From NCBI GenBank assembly GCA_964270895.1, contig OZ185436.1: a DNA stretch of 64,000 bases; one strand, given 5' to 3'. Made by a program: the position numbers and the translations under genes. Below the pieces are notes generated by a model, which saw only the letters and a list, made by a program, of their open reading frames with translations, was not told where the DNA came from and did no database searches. Shown here one piece after another: positions 25,261 through 38,041 of the stretch. How positions within the stretch are numbered: position 1 is the stretch's first letter; every line of letters begins with the position of its first letter. This stretch comes from Podarcis filfolensis (taxonomy: Eukaryota).

Positions 25261-25749
25261 ATTCCTTGACTGCTAAGCTTACTCTTGGGAGTAGGGTCAC
25301 CATTTCTCATGTGCAGGTGTATTTGTCATTGATCTAACCAGAGCCACAATTTCATTAATTTGAAATATACCAGAGATCTAGTGCAATGTGACTTCAGACA
25401 CTAAGAATGTTGGCAATGCAACTATGCCTTGGGTGTGGGAGAGATAATGTATTGCCTACATTATCTGGCCTGTCTGGCTTGTCTGGCCACACCTTTTCAG
25501 GTGACCTTCCTGTGGGAGACTTCCTGAGCAAGCTGGACATCAGTTATCAGAACAGTCAGGCAGATGCTGGTTCCCATAAGTCCTTACAGGGACCACTGAG
25601 ACTGAAACCAAGCCTGCTGGGCTCCCACCAGCACTTGCCACTGCCATCCTCCCTCTCTTCCATTGTCATGAAATGACTTGCTCTTATTGGTGTTGGGAGG
25701 TGGCCATTTTTTAAATCCCATGGCAACGTTGTGCATTACTGACTCCACC

Positions 25750-26242
25750 TGTCAGGATACTGTCAGCGGCTCCTGGCTGGTTGCCCAGGAAAGTATAAAG
25801 ACAAGGAAAAGTTTCTTACAGTCTTTTTTTTATTTCATACTTTATAGAGAGAGGCTATAGACCCCAGCCTCTTGGATAATGGCATTGTCCCGAGTGAATT
25901 TCCCTTCCCCTTCTCTCCCACTTCCTCATTCATCGTCATCATCATCTCCTCTACAGGTGCTGCTGAGTGCCCTCTGTCTTCAAGCTCTTTGCTCTCCTAC
26001 TTATGAGGCTCATCGGCTTCTGGGAGATGGAGGGTCTGGAATGCTTTCTAATGATGATGTGTCGGCCAGGTATTGCTGTGGCTCTTCCATGATTTCCCAA
26101 CTTTCCCCCTCATCTGCCTCTGAGCTGTGACCTCCCTCAAACCCCTGTTATAATTCTATACTGTCTTCCTCTTCCTCCTCCCTGGAAGTGTTAAGATGGA
26201 GGGGGCGGTTGCCACCACTCCTCCTCTGCCAAGTCCCTGACA
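25750..26242 (-). mobile_element. Solo LTR (493 bp), TGTCA...TGACA termini, 5-bp TSD CCACC
   Basis: TSD at 25745-49 and 26243-47. Minus-strand AATAAA ~80 nt from its 3' end. Homologous to 42612-43092. Confidence 0.85.
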
Positions 26243-26387
26243 CCACCATTGTCACCACCACAGCTGGATAAACCTGCCAGTCCAGAAGGAGAATATGAGT
26301 GGCAGCTGCAGCAGGATCACCAATGGAGTTCCTTTTCCTGCCCTAAGATCCCACAGCCCTTAGAAGCTGGCCTAGAAATCACCCTTC

Positions 26388-26567
26388 AGAACATGGGAAG
26401 CTGATTTATACTGAGTCAGACCATTGGTCTATTTAGCTCAGTATGGTCTACGTTGATTTGCAGCAGCTCATCAGGGTTTCAGGAAGGAGACTCCCAAGAC
26501 TACCTGGAGATGCTGAGGGTTGAACTTTGGACCTCCTGCATGTAAAGAAGATGCTCTGCCACTGAGA
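26388..26567 (-). mobile_element. tRNA-derived squamate SINE (Squam3-like)
   Basis: Head ctcagtggcagagcatct...gttcaacc and tail gaccaatggtctgactcagtata...gcttcccatgttc. Other copies at 57433, 59328, 56336 and 54636. Confidence 0.75.
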
Positions 26568-27569
26568 TTTGGCCCTTTACTTTTCTCATCTTGGTGCCTC
26601 TGGGTCCTCACTGATGATGTGCATGCTTAATTTAGCAGGGTCTAGGATGGGGGCAGAATTAGAATTCATTGGCTTTGGCTTCTATTGGCTCTACCTCTGC
26701 CTGCTGTTTGGGCTCCCAGCATTCTGCCCCACTAGTGCTGATAGGCACCAGCCACCACTGGTGCATAGACTTCCCCCATGTCCAATTGAGGATGATTTTA
26801 TACCCAAAAGGCAATAAACAGAAAATTGCAGCAGACTGTTCTGTTCTTTCTTTTTTAGTGGCTTCATAAGTCTGATGAGCTTGTTCTGCAGTTGTTTATT
26901 TCTATCTTGGCTGTTTATTTTATTTGATGCTCCGCAGCATCTTGGCATCTGCACTGGTGAAGGGCAGATTATAAACCTTTTGAATAAATAAACAACTGAG
27001 AAGAATTGTCCAAAGCACTCAAGAGTTTTGCTCGAAATGTTCAAGGTGAGAGAGTATCATTCAAAATGTTCAGTGCTGAGAACTTTCTGGGGGGGAAACC
27101 CACTTTTCAAACTAAATGAAAGGACTTTTGGGGAGGGGACGGAGTCTGCTGAACCCTATAAGCATTGCATAACACAGAAAGGAAACAAGTCTGTTATTCA
27201 TTCAGAAAACATTGCTACCTGCTCTTCACCATAAGGTCCCAGAGCTGGTTACAACAACAGAACACAACATTATCAGAACAAATAAAAATATTGCAATTAT
27301 AAAACACATAAAGACATTCAAAATACAGCAATATAAATTCAGCAAAAGATATGTGTCTCAAAAACCAATATAGAGTGTAAAGCTAGGCACACCACTATGG
27401 GGTGAGAGTTAGCATGTTGTATAATTTATTTAATCCGTTTTCACATTCCAGACACTCTGAGAATCGACAACTTCCCATGCTTTCCCCTTGAAACTGGTGT
27501 GCCACAAGAAACTATAATCCTACATTATTGAAATATGTGGGATCCATTTGCATAATGGTGGTTCTAATT

Positions 27570-27817
27570 CAGGGGTCAACAAACTTTTTTAGCAGGGGGC
27601 CGGTCAACTGTCCCTCAGATTTTGTGGAGGGCTGGACTATATTTTTTTTTGGGGGGGGATGAACGAATTCCTCTGCCCCACAAATAACCCAGAGATACAT
27701 TTTAAATAAAAGCACACATTCTACTTATGTAAAAACACGCTGATTCCTGGACTGTGGCTGGATTTAGAAGGTGATTGGGCCGGATCCGGCCCCTGGGCCT
27801 TAGTTTGCCTACCCATG
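27570..27817. mobile_element. Non-autonomous hAT element (248 bp)
   Basis: Ends caggggtcaacaaact / agtttgcctacccatg. TSD ttctaatt / ctctaatt (7/8). Confidence 0.8.
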
Positions 27818-28684
27818 CTCTAATTCTTTGTCATCTTACCACGCTTCTTCCCCTATGGAAAATGGTGATGCTCTGTCATTCTGCTCATGCTGTTCATATA
27901 TATGGCATCCCAAATCTTTATGAAGGCAGCAGGCGAGAGTGATGCGTCTTCTAAAGCAACCTGAAGGATGTCATGTTCACATCGCTGCGGAACAGTGGAC
28001 CAGTGACTACATGATGGATTATATGTCAATTTCACAACAGGGTAGAAAATGTTAGCCTGTTTGGTCTCTGCTATCTGAATCTAAATATTGTTTCATTCTC
28101 TTTGTGTTGTTATCATCAGGCATCCACGTTGTATGGGCTGCAGTAGAACGGGTGGTAGTACACAAATAGAAAGAAAGAGAAAATAGCTTCAAACTAATAT
28201 TATTGAGAATTTAGGAAGAGCTCTGTCCCATCAGTCCAGCATCCTGTTTTCACAGCGGCCAATAAGATGCCTATGGGAAGCCCACATGCAAGCAGGACTT
28301 CAGTGCAACTTGTGAATCCCAGCAACTAGTGTTCAGATGCAAATTGCCTGTGACACCAGAGCTATAACATAGACATCATGGCTCATAGCCATAACGGCTG
28401 GCTGCTAGCCATAATTGGTATGTTTTATCTCCAGTGTCAAAGGCATCATAACTGGGAAGCTCTGGTACCCAGGTCCTGCTTGCAGACTTCACATAAGCAT
28501 TGGATGAGAGTATAACACAGCCATCGAGTCAAAGTTCCAGATCTGTCAGCTCTCATTCACAGCATTTATGTCATCAAAACTGAGATGCATATAATTCAAA
28601 CAATGAGCCTTGCTCCCCCCGCAACATTCACTGACATCTGCAATTGTCATGTGACAAAACAAATAGAACCAGAATGGTATTCAT

Positions 28685-28812
28685 TAGAGGTTTTTAAACA
28701 GAGGTTGCATGATCGTCTGTCAGGAATTATTCACCTGTGATTCCTGCATTATGGGGAGTTGGCCTAGATGACCTTTGTGGTCCCTTCCAACTCTATAATT
28801 CTACAATTCTAG
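28685..28812 (+). mobile_element. CR1 3'-end fragment
   Basis: gaggtttttaaacagagg...ctagatgacc...cttccaactctataattcta. Confidence 0.75.
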
Positions 28813-29512
28813 GAAAACAGCAATATTGAAATGGGAAATCACACCTGGTAGATTATTCTAGCATCCGTGAGAGTTGCCTGCAGTCACATATGGAATCTTG
28901 CTCTCCAGAGGTTTTCAAGGAGTTGAGCAAACATTTGTCAATAAAAGGTTTCAGTTAGAGCTTTTTCCCCTGAGAAAATGAGATTTTCTGAGACTTGTCT
29001 CTTTCTCTCCCAGAAAAAGCATTCACTATTCTCCAAAATCTCTCTATGACAGTTTCTTTCGGTGGCAATTCCCATTCTCCTCTCCCTGCCCTCTAAGGCC
29101 ATGGAATCTTGTGAAGTCAAAAACATGGTGCAAAATGGTGGACAGGTAGCCAGCATGCCTCCTGCTCCTGCTTTCATTATTTGCAATGAAAACAATACAC
29201 ACATACATGGTGTGTGTTAACAAGGTGTGCTATTCAGGTCCGTGCAGAGGAGTTAGACAGCTGGGTACACTTGCCCCAAGCCTCAGAGGGCTATGCCAGC
29301 CAGAGGCCTGCTGGACCAGGGGCCTGCTGGACTGACACTATCATGCCAAGAACAAGGCCTAAGGTCTCAGACCAACTCTTTGTGTGCTTGGTGCTAGGCC
29401 ACTGCTAATGGTGTGGCTCTGGGAGGTGGGACTCATTGGAGGAGCAATGACAACATATTTTATAGAGCATATGATGGAGGTTGGAAGATAGGTATGTCCT
29501 GGAACATGATTC

Positions 29513-30157
29513 CAGGGCCGTCCTTTCCCAGGGGTGCAAGAGGTACAGGGCACACTGGTGCCAAATTCTGGGGGGCACCAGATGGCTGGTGGGTGGGCAG
29601 CTTCCTTCCCAAGCCTCTGTGGAGATCAGTGGTGGAGCTTCATGCTCTGGCACCGGGGGGCAGAGAGCAGGCGAGGTGGGGCTGGCGCGCGTCCTGGGGG
29701 GCATGGCGCACCGCCCGCAGGGGCATGACGAGCGTCCTGGGGGCATGGCATGCCGCCTGCGGGGGTGTGGCACCCAGCACGGGTGGGGGCAGCCACGATG
29801 GCACCCCACAAGGATCACCCTGCCATGGGTGGTGCGCTCCCCCTGCACTCCACTTCCTCTGCCAGTGACGGGGATTGCTCTCATCCCACAGAGGCATGGG
29901 GGAGAGTTGCGTGCAAGCCAACCATATGGCTGGCGGGCACGCAGCTTCCCTCCCAAGCCTCTGTGGGGATTGCTGTCCTCCCGCAGCAGCATGGGGGAGA
30001 GTTGTCAGCCCACCAACCAGATGGCTGGTAGTGCGCAGCTTCCCCCCCCCCCCATGCTACTATCTATGTATAGGACAACCTTGTCTAATACACAGAAAAA
30101 TATGGTAATTTAGGGGCGCTGGGCACCCCGGCACCACATATGCTAAAGACGGCCCTG
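29513..30157. mobile_element. GC-rich non-autonomous hAT element (645 bp), TIR CAGGGCCGTC(C)TTT, 8-bp TSD
   Basis: Ends cagggccgtccttt / aaagacggccctg. TSD catgattc / cgtgattc (one CpG-type change). Internal 30-bp direct repeat at 29597 and 29941. Confidence 0.88.
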
Positions 30158-31319
30158 CGTGATTCCTTTGTTTAGCGTCAGACAGAGAACCTAATAATCT
30201 GGGTATTGTGCTATGTGCTGATTCTCTTGGGAATATCTTGGATATGAGGGTAGGCAGTGGGGGCAGGGATGAATCCTCACAGCTGCCAACATTGTTGTAC
30301 TACCCTTGGGGTGTTTGGCTACAGGGCCTGTTCTCCTGCATTCAACATTTACTACTATAAGATTGCGGCGAGACCCACTTCTGAGAAACTGTTGGAGAAT
30401 TTGTCCTTTCCCCGAAGAAACCTGGTGAAAAAGTTCTCTCTCCAATTTCTCTCCCAGGAAATAAGGTGGAAATTTTTGAGAAGCCATTTGCAAACAGTTC
30501 TATTGAGTTCTGTTAACAGTGCCAGGTTTATTGATGGTGACCCTGAAGGTTGCTTTTAGTGTAATAATTCTATCAATAAGACTAGAAAGGCATTTGTGGT
30601 AGGATTCAGATTTTACAGGGAAATTTTGCATATGAGGGGAGAAGATTGAAAATATGTGAATGAAGAGCTGAAACAGCAAAACAATACTTTCCACTGTTGC
30701 TTCTCCTAAACCTGACTTCAGTTATCAAATAATTAAGCTAAGATGAAATTCACGCAGCAGCCTGAGAGCCTGTGAATCACTGAGCCATGTTCTTGGTAAG
30801 TTTGCCGATTGCCTGGGAAGCTAAAGCATCTCTTGAAGCAAAAGACAAGATGCTTTAAGGTTAATTGAACCAATAATCAAGGTTTCTGTCTGTAATTCCT
30901 GGGTGATGCAGTCAATTACTAAAATAAATCTGACAGCAGGGAGATGATAATTGCGTGCAATTACTCTGTAAAGACTCAATTATGTCAACAATTAATGGGT
31001 ATTTCCCATTGTGGTGAAATCTATCAATTTTTAGGGCTTATTATCTTGATTATAAGAAGAAAAGGATTCAGCTCAAAGTTGTCAAGCTGTCTGGTATTGA
31101 GAAATCAGCTTGAAAAACAAGTTAGAGAACCAACTTAGAGAAATGAAGGTTCATTTACATGATTTTCAGGGCAGTGAAATCGGAACTGAGAGTGCATCTG
31201 AATAGTCAAGCTGCAGTCTGATAGATACACAACTACTGTAGGAGAGTAAGCCCCATTGAACCCAACGGCAGCTACTTCTGAGTACATGTGTATATGATTT
31301 CACCATTACAGCATGAACT

Positions 31320-31926
31320 TAAAAGCAAATGCTATTCTAGGCTGCATCAACAGAAGTGTCCCGATCAAGGGAAGTAAGGGTACTACACTATTCTGCCTTG
31401 GTCAGACCACACCTGAAGTACTGTGTCCAGTTCTGGGTACCAAAGCTTCAGAAGGATATTGACAAGCTGGAAAATGAGCAGAGAGCAACCAAGATGATCA
31501 GGGTCTGGAAACCAAGCCTTAGGTGGAACGTTTGATAGAGTTGGATATATTTAGCTTGGTAAAGAGGAGACTGAGAGGAGATATGATAGACATCTTCAAC
31601 TATCTCAAGGGCTGTCACATGGAAGATGGAGTGAGCTTGTTTTCTCCTGCTCTGGAGGGTAGAACTTGAACCAGCGGCTTCAAGTTACAAGAACAGAGAT
31701 ATTGACTGAACCTCTAGATTCTAGAAGAACTTTCTGACAGTAAGAGCTGCTCAACAGTGGAACAGACTCCCACGAGAGGGGGGTGGACTCTCCTTCCTTG
31801 GAGGTTTTTAAGCAGAGGTTGGGTGACCACCTGTCATGGATGCTTTAGTTGTGATTCCTGCGTTGCAGGGGGTTGGACTAGATGACCCTTGGGATCACCT
31901 CCAACTCTGCCATTCTATGAGTCTAT
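31320..31926 (+). mobile_element. CR1 LINE 3' fragment (RT C-terminus plus tail)
   Basis: aaagcaaatgctattctaggctgcatcaacag...tactgtgtccagttctggg...attctatga tail. Same subfamily as 55855-56273. Confidence 0.88.
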
Positions 31927-33382
31927 GTCTAGTCAGAAGTAAGCCCCATTGAATTCAGTGGGACTTAATCTGTAGTCGGTAGGTCTAGGATTGCAAATTT
32001 ATTGTTTTACTGGGAACCAGCTCCCTGTATTGTTCGCCGGGTAAGTGCCACTGCAGAAAATATTCCAGCTTGCTTAAATTTGCTGAAATAGAAACTTCTT
32101 TAGCAGGTGTCAAAGCGAGACAGTGAAAGTACCTGCCTAATATTAGTGGGTATGGAGCTCCAAAATGCAGGTGTTGTCATGCGGAAGGATCAGTTCCTTG
32201 CAAATTCAGAATGAAAGTTATGTGGCACTTTTAAAAGTGCCAGTTTCACAGATTGTGTTGCTGTTTCTCTGTTGGTCCCCAATGCCTTCTCCTCTGGAAG
32301 ATCTCCCAGAGCATTTTGGAACCTGTCAAGCTCCATCAGGCTTCAAGGCTGGTCCATCTGAATGGGAGCACCACCACGGCAGGGTGGAGGAGCAGCCACC
32401 AGTCACTTGCACTGTGCAGGTTCATTGCTGGAAGCAGCAGCAGGCTGTGTGTGTGTGTGTGAGTGAGAGAGAGAGAGAGAGAGAGAAAGTTTTACAGGCA
32501 AACTGATACTTGCTGGTGCCATTGATGTAGTACTGAGGATCTCCCCAGGCAAGCTGTTTTTGTTTTTTTAAACTTTGGAAGCCTGTCTGCTTCTTTATCC
32601 TCAAGATACATAGCTACAAAAACAAGCAAACAAGCAAACAGATATTACCATAACCCAGTAAAGGGGCAACCCACAAAGCTTCATTCTGATCAGAAAGCAC
32701 AGCGAGCCAAGTGGTCCCACCCTTGCAATATGGTTTGTTGGAGGTGCCCTTCGCTAGAAAGAGCCATTCTTTCCTCCCAGCTCATTTGAATATGTTGTGT
32801 CTCTGCAGGCCTGTGTGAAATCACAAGTGCCCCTTAATTGCTCTTGGCAATACTTGTTGCACCATTTCTTTCACTGTAAAAAGCCTTGCACTCTGCAGAT
32901 GGTTGGACACATGGTGACTAATTCACTCCTTACAGCTTTAGCGACAGTTATTTTTATGGCCATTTATTAAACAATTAAAAGTACCTATTCTGTATCTGTT
33001 ACTAAGTGTTTTCATGAAACTACTGCTTTATCTGCAGAAATCGAGCTCAGGTACTTATCATTCTGTGTATTTATATTCCTCTAAGTAGCAATTCGTTTAA
33101 AAACATACCTGAAAATTGCTAAGCTAGTCGAACTGTTACAATGTGCTGGCAATTTACCATAAATCACAAGCCCTGGCTAATTGTTCCTAATAAACACATT
33201 AACTTAATCCAAGCTCAGTGTGGAACAAAGATAAGATTTAGTAAATGAATCACCTGGAAGCCCTTTGAAATCAGGTTGCCCAACACTATGATAGTGATAC
33301 ATATACTGTATTGTACTGAGCACATTCACACAAAAGACTCCTCTCTGTGACCTTGATCAGAGCTTGCCAAATAAGAGAACAC

Positions 33383-33429
<47 letters not shown>

Positions 33430-33620
33430 TTTATTATTTATACCCCGCCCTCTGGGCAACTTACAACATATCTAAAAACATAATAAAAACATCAATACTT
33501 AAAATGTTCCCTAAAAAGGCTGCCTTCAGATGTCTTCTAAAAGTCAGATAGTTGTTTATTTCCTTGACATCTGATGGGAGTGTGTTCCACAGGGAGGGTG
33601 CCACTACTGAGAAGGTCCTC
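33383..33620 (-). mobile_element. L2-clade LINE 3' end with (ATT)n tail (reads (AAT)n on + at 33383-33429)
   Basis: Minus translation VVAPSLWNTLPSDVKEINNYLTFRRHLKAAF resembles the L2 ORF2 C-terminus. Near-identical block at 44170-44270. Confidence 0.75.
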
Positions 33621-34336
33621 TGTTTTCTCCATTTCTTCCAGCATTTTGCCAAAGGAAATAGGATAAGTGGGACATTCTGGAATCAAATCAGAAACTGGGA
33701 CAGCTTTTGTAAATCTGGGACTGTGCCTGGGAAAAAACAGGGACACTTGGAGGGCCTGGGATTGCATCTAGATTAGAGGGTGTTCACATGCCATGGCTAA
33801 TCTTGCTGGAAGTGGGGAAGGTTTCTGGGCTGATTGAAAGAGATAATAGAATCACAGAATTGCATCGTTGGAAGGGACCCCGAGCCAAGTCCTGTAACAC
33901 AACAGCAAGACTTTGAGCTTCTATCACCCTGACTTTGCAGGTCCTATGTAAGACGCATGCCTGGCACCACTGAGGATTGTTTTTGCACACTAGGCAAAAC
34001 CAGTTTTACTTATCCAGGTGTTTGGTCCTTTAATTGGGTGGGTAAGTACCTACGCCTGCAGCTTCTTTGTTGTGTGCTCGTCCTTTTCTATTTATTTGGG
34101 TGAGCACTTTAGGGTACAGGTTTTTAAATAGACATTTGCAGTGAAATTATTTACAGCGAGAAATTATCCAATAGTCCAATTCTGTGAATTCACAACAAAG
34201 GCCATCCAAGAGAAGGAGCATCCCAGGAAGGAATAAAAATATACCTGCCCAACTCCAAAGAATGACTAACATCAAACAGCTATGGTGTCTAGATAATGAC
34301 ATAAGAAGAACCTGCTGGGTCTGGCCAATGGTCCAT

Positions 34337-34617
34337 GAAGAAGAAGAAGAAGAGGAGGAGGAGGAGGAGGAGGAGGAGGAGGAGTTTGGATTTGATATCC
34401 CACTTTATCACTATCTGAAGGAGTCTCAAAGCAGCTAACATTCTCCTTTCCCTTCCTCCCCTAAAACAAACACTCTGTGAGGTGAGTGGGGCTGAGAGAC
34501 TTCAGAGAAGTGTGACTAGCCCAAGGTCACCCAGCAGCTGCATGTGGAGGAGCGGAGACGCAAACCCGGTTCCCCAGATTACAAGACTACCGCTCTTAAC
34601 CACTACACCACACTGTC
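34337..34617 (-). mobile_element. tRNA/CORE-type squamate SINE (Squam2/Anolis SINE2-like) with (CTT)/(CCT)n tail
   Basis: Minus head cagtgtggtgtagtggttaagagcgg...ccgggtttgcg, CORE-like gtgaccttgggctagtcac, and tail microsatellite at 34337-34383. Confidence 0.8.
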
Positions 34618-35742
34618 TGGGATCCTGTTATTACAGCAGCTAATCAGATGCATATAGAAACCTGCAAGCAGAACCTGAGCAAAAGAGCACTCTCCTTTTT
34701 CATGGTTTTCAGTACATGAAGATTTAGCATGGTCTAACATTCACCCTGAATGTCACTTATAACAAAATTGGATGTTTCTGTTTGAGTAAAAAGAGCATTT
34801 TTCATTTCTTATTACCAAAATGGATCAGAAACAAATTCTTAGGTTGCAGGCAGCTAATTAAAATTAGCACTCACAATTAGCCAACTAAATATTTTTGCTG
34901 TTTAATCTGTATTCATCAATATTTTTTTATATATATTTTTTGTGGGTTTCATTTACAATTTGCAGACCTCTTGGGAAACACTTTTGATTAAGCAGTTTAT
35001 TTAGGGAGAAGAGTTATACCATTTGCAGCCCTAATAATTGCATGTTCCTGCTGCCTCTCAGGTAAGTAAGCAGGTCAAAAGTTCATAATTTACTTGTGTC
35101 TGGCTTATATTGAAAAGGCACATCTTCTACGACACAGCACAAGAGACAACTGCAAGAAAGAACATGGAATTCCAAAACGTCTTCGCTTCAAACCAGGTAC
35201 TAGTTGCTGCCCTGTTGCATCCCCTGACACTGTTGGATTTAGGAAGCAGTGACCTGCTGTGTAATGAAAGATTAGGGTGGGAATTACAACAGTGAGGAAA
35301 GGTCCCCGCTGTTAAGAAAAAGAGCAGAAGATCCTGCTGTGTCTGGTGGAACCGAAGAACCAACCAGAAGGATTCCTGATGGGGAGTCAATAGAGGAGAG
35401 AAATTAATTGTCAGTGCCAAAGAGACTCCCAAGAGGTACCTTGGGGAAGAGGAGGGAGAGAGATGGAATAAGAATTGATTGGAACATATTGTTTCAAAGA
35501 GGAAGCAATTCAGGAGACCACAGCAGGCTCATTTGTACCCAATAGGTCCCAAAGAGAGGCAATAAGAAGGCTGTTATGGCTTTTCTTTGCTGAAGAGTAG
35601 ATTTGTAACCAGTAGTAGCAATAGAGATTTATGGAACAGCTTGCAATGATAGCCCATTGTCACATTATAGGGCCTCTTCTGCTGTTGTTCAATAAACAAT
35701 TATTGTTGTTCTTTCTTAATTATTGTTGACTATGAGTTGTTA

Positions 35743-36184
35743 CAGGAAGTGAGAGCTGGACCATGGAAGTGAGAGCTGGACCATAAAGAAGGCTGATCGA
35801 CAAAGAATTGATGCTTTTGAATTATGGTGCTGGAGGAGACTCTTGAGAGTCCCATGGACTGCAAGGAGATCAAACCTATCCATTCTTAAGGAAATCAGCC
35901 CTGAGTGCTCAGTGGAAGGACAAATCCTGAAGCTGAGGCTCCAATATTTTGGCCACCTCATGAGAAGAGAAGACTCCCTGGAAAAGATCCTGGTGTTGGG
36001 AAAGATGGAGGGCACAAGGAGAAGGGGACGACAGGGGATGAGATGGTTGGACAGTGTTCTCGAAGCTACCAGCATGAGTTTGACCAAACTGCGGGAGTCA
36101 GTGTAAGACAGGAGTGCCTGGTGTGCTCTGGTCCATGGGGTCACGAAGAGTCGGACACGACTAAACGACTAAACAACAACAACA
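35743..36184 (+). mobile_element. 5'-truncated BovB (RTE) LINE, (CAA)n tail, 11-bp TSD
   Basis: RVPWTARRSNLSILKEISPECS...LQYFGHLMRR and gagtcggacacgact 3' end. TSD ATGAGTTGTTA at 35732-42 and 36185-95. Confidence 0.92.
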
Positions 36185-38041
36185 ATGAGTTGTTATATAT
36201 GGGCTTGTTTATGCAGGTATGATGTAATGGTGAAAAATACCAAGGCCTCATCCGTGCTTTAGATGTGAGCTTATACCACTTTAACAGTCATGGTTTCTCC
36301 AAAGAACCTTAGGAACTGTAGTTTGTCAAGAGTGCTACAGCACTACAATTCCAAAAGTTCCCTGGGAAAAGGAATTTTGTTAAACTAGTTTAAGTCTATG
36401 ATATGGATATACCCCAAAGCTGTCATGTGACACCGCTATATGAAACTGCAATAACTATCATTTTGGTATAGTTGTCAGATTCTTCCTAGGCTCTTCACGT
36501 GTCTAAAGATGCCTTTTATATATTAAACAGTGCAGTCAACAGAGAGCTGACTAACAGCATGTGAAATATATTCATAATTTTAGGTGTCCAAATCTGAGGA
36601 GTAGACCTCAAAATGTAATGAGTCGCTTAATAATTTTATTGGGCATTCAGCATCATCTTCCTGTTCCTGCTCCACTTTAAAAACAAAGCAGGGAAACTGC
36701 TTTGCACCACGGCATTTCAGGAAAGCTTTTCCTAATGTGTTGAAGAAAGTCTTGAAATAAATGACATGAAACTGTCAAGGCAAATTCAGCAGAGCCGTTC
36801 TCAATGCCTCAGAAGCAATTGCTTCTTCAGCAAAAATCAAAACAATAGGAAAAAAGAAAACCACAGACAAACCCCAAACTGCAACACATCCCTGTCCCTT
36901 CATGAGAAAAGAGGTCAGCTGTATAAATCATGTTATTGCTATTATAAGTTCGTTCAGCACTTGGGCTATATCAATGTGCATTTCAGTGTTTAGCTTATTC
37001 AGCCTAGCAAATCTCAGTTTTTGACTGACAGATGGAAAACTTACTGCTCTTACACAGTGTATGTCAGCAACCACGGCATCCTAATGTTAATGCTTAATGC
37101 TGTCATTCTGAAGTTCCTTCCATGATGGAGAAGAAAAGAGAAAAGACACCCATTGCCATCCAAGCAAGTTGACATGATAAGAAATGTTTTATACTCCAAA
37201 TTACAAGCTGTGGTTTCTTAATGGGACTATTTTGATAATGATTTGCTAAACTACAGTTCGCTAGCTCTCTAGGCAGTATAAGAGCAAGTGAACTGCACAT
37301 GGTGCTGGCATAGTTTCGCTTTTGCAGCTTGAGTGTTAAACTGACCAACCTGCCATTTTGTTTACTCTTTGTGGAGTCTCTGCAATGGTTAAACTAGTAG
37401 CAGTGCCAGAAGTTCCTGTGCCTGCCTCTGGGATCTCCCAAATGTGTGTTTCTTTATCCCAATCCTAGGGGCAACACACAGCATTCTTACCAGATTACAT
37501 TTTACTATGTGCTATCTCTTTTAGCCCTCTCCAGGTGTTTTTCAACGCTGACGGTAAACAGGTGAGAGACAGAATAGGGAATTACTAGCTACACACACTG
37601 TCTCTCTCTCTCACACACACACTCCAGAGCCTTTTGTGTCTGTGGAGGCTCCTCATGCATCTGAGAACACCATGCAACCTACACTGTAAAAACCCCAATG
37701 TGTTTGCTCTCACCGTGTAACAAGGGCACCAGCTTGAATAAAGTATTGGGTGGGTGGTGTCTGAAGGTGCACACTGGGATGCATGAGAGACAGGAGGCGC
37801 TAGGGGCAGAGCTGAGTGCAGCACCTGGGAAGGCACTGCACTTCAGTGGCAGTTCCTTCGTCCTTTTATACACAGCCCTCTCTTTCCACCACTGCCTACT
37901 GTCCTTTTTGCCCAACCCAGCAGTGAAGGGGAGGAAGAGAGACCCCCTCCACTTGCTTGCAGGTTTGGTGCAGCCATTGTTCTCTAGCCCCAAAGGACAG
38001 GCCCCACCAAATATTTTAATGTGGATGCTGAAGGGACCTGG

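Noticed and set aside
29405-30113. Several 150-210 aa ORFs on both strands
   Set aside because: All lie in a GC-rich non-autonomous hAT element. Low complexity, no domain motifs; stop-codon scarcity explains them.
35231-35730. LTR-like purine-rich segment with AATAAA before the BovB copy
   Set aside because: Could not find matching TG...CA ends with a TSD.
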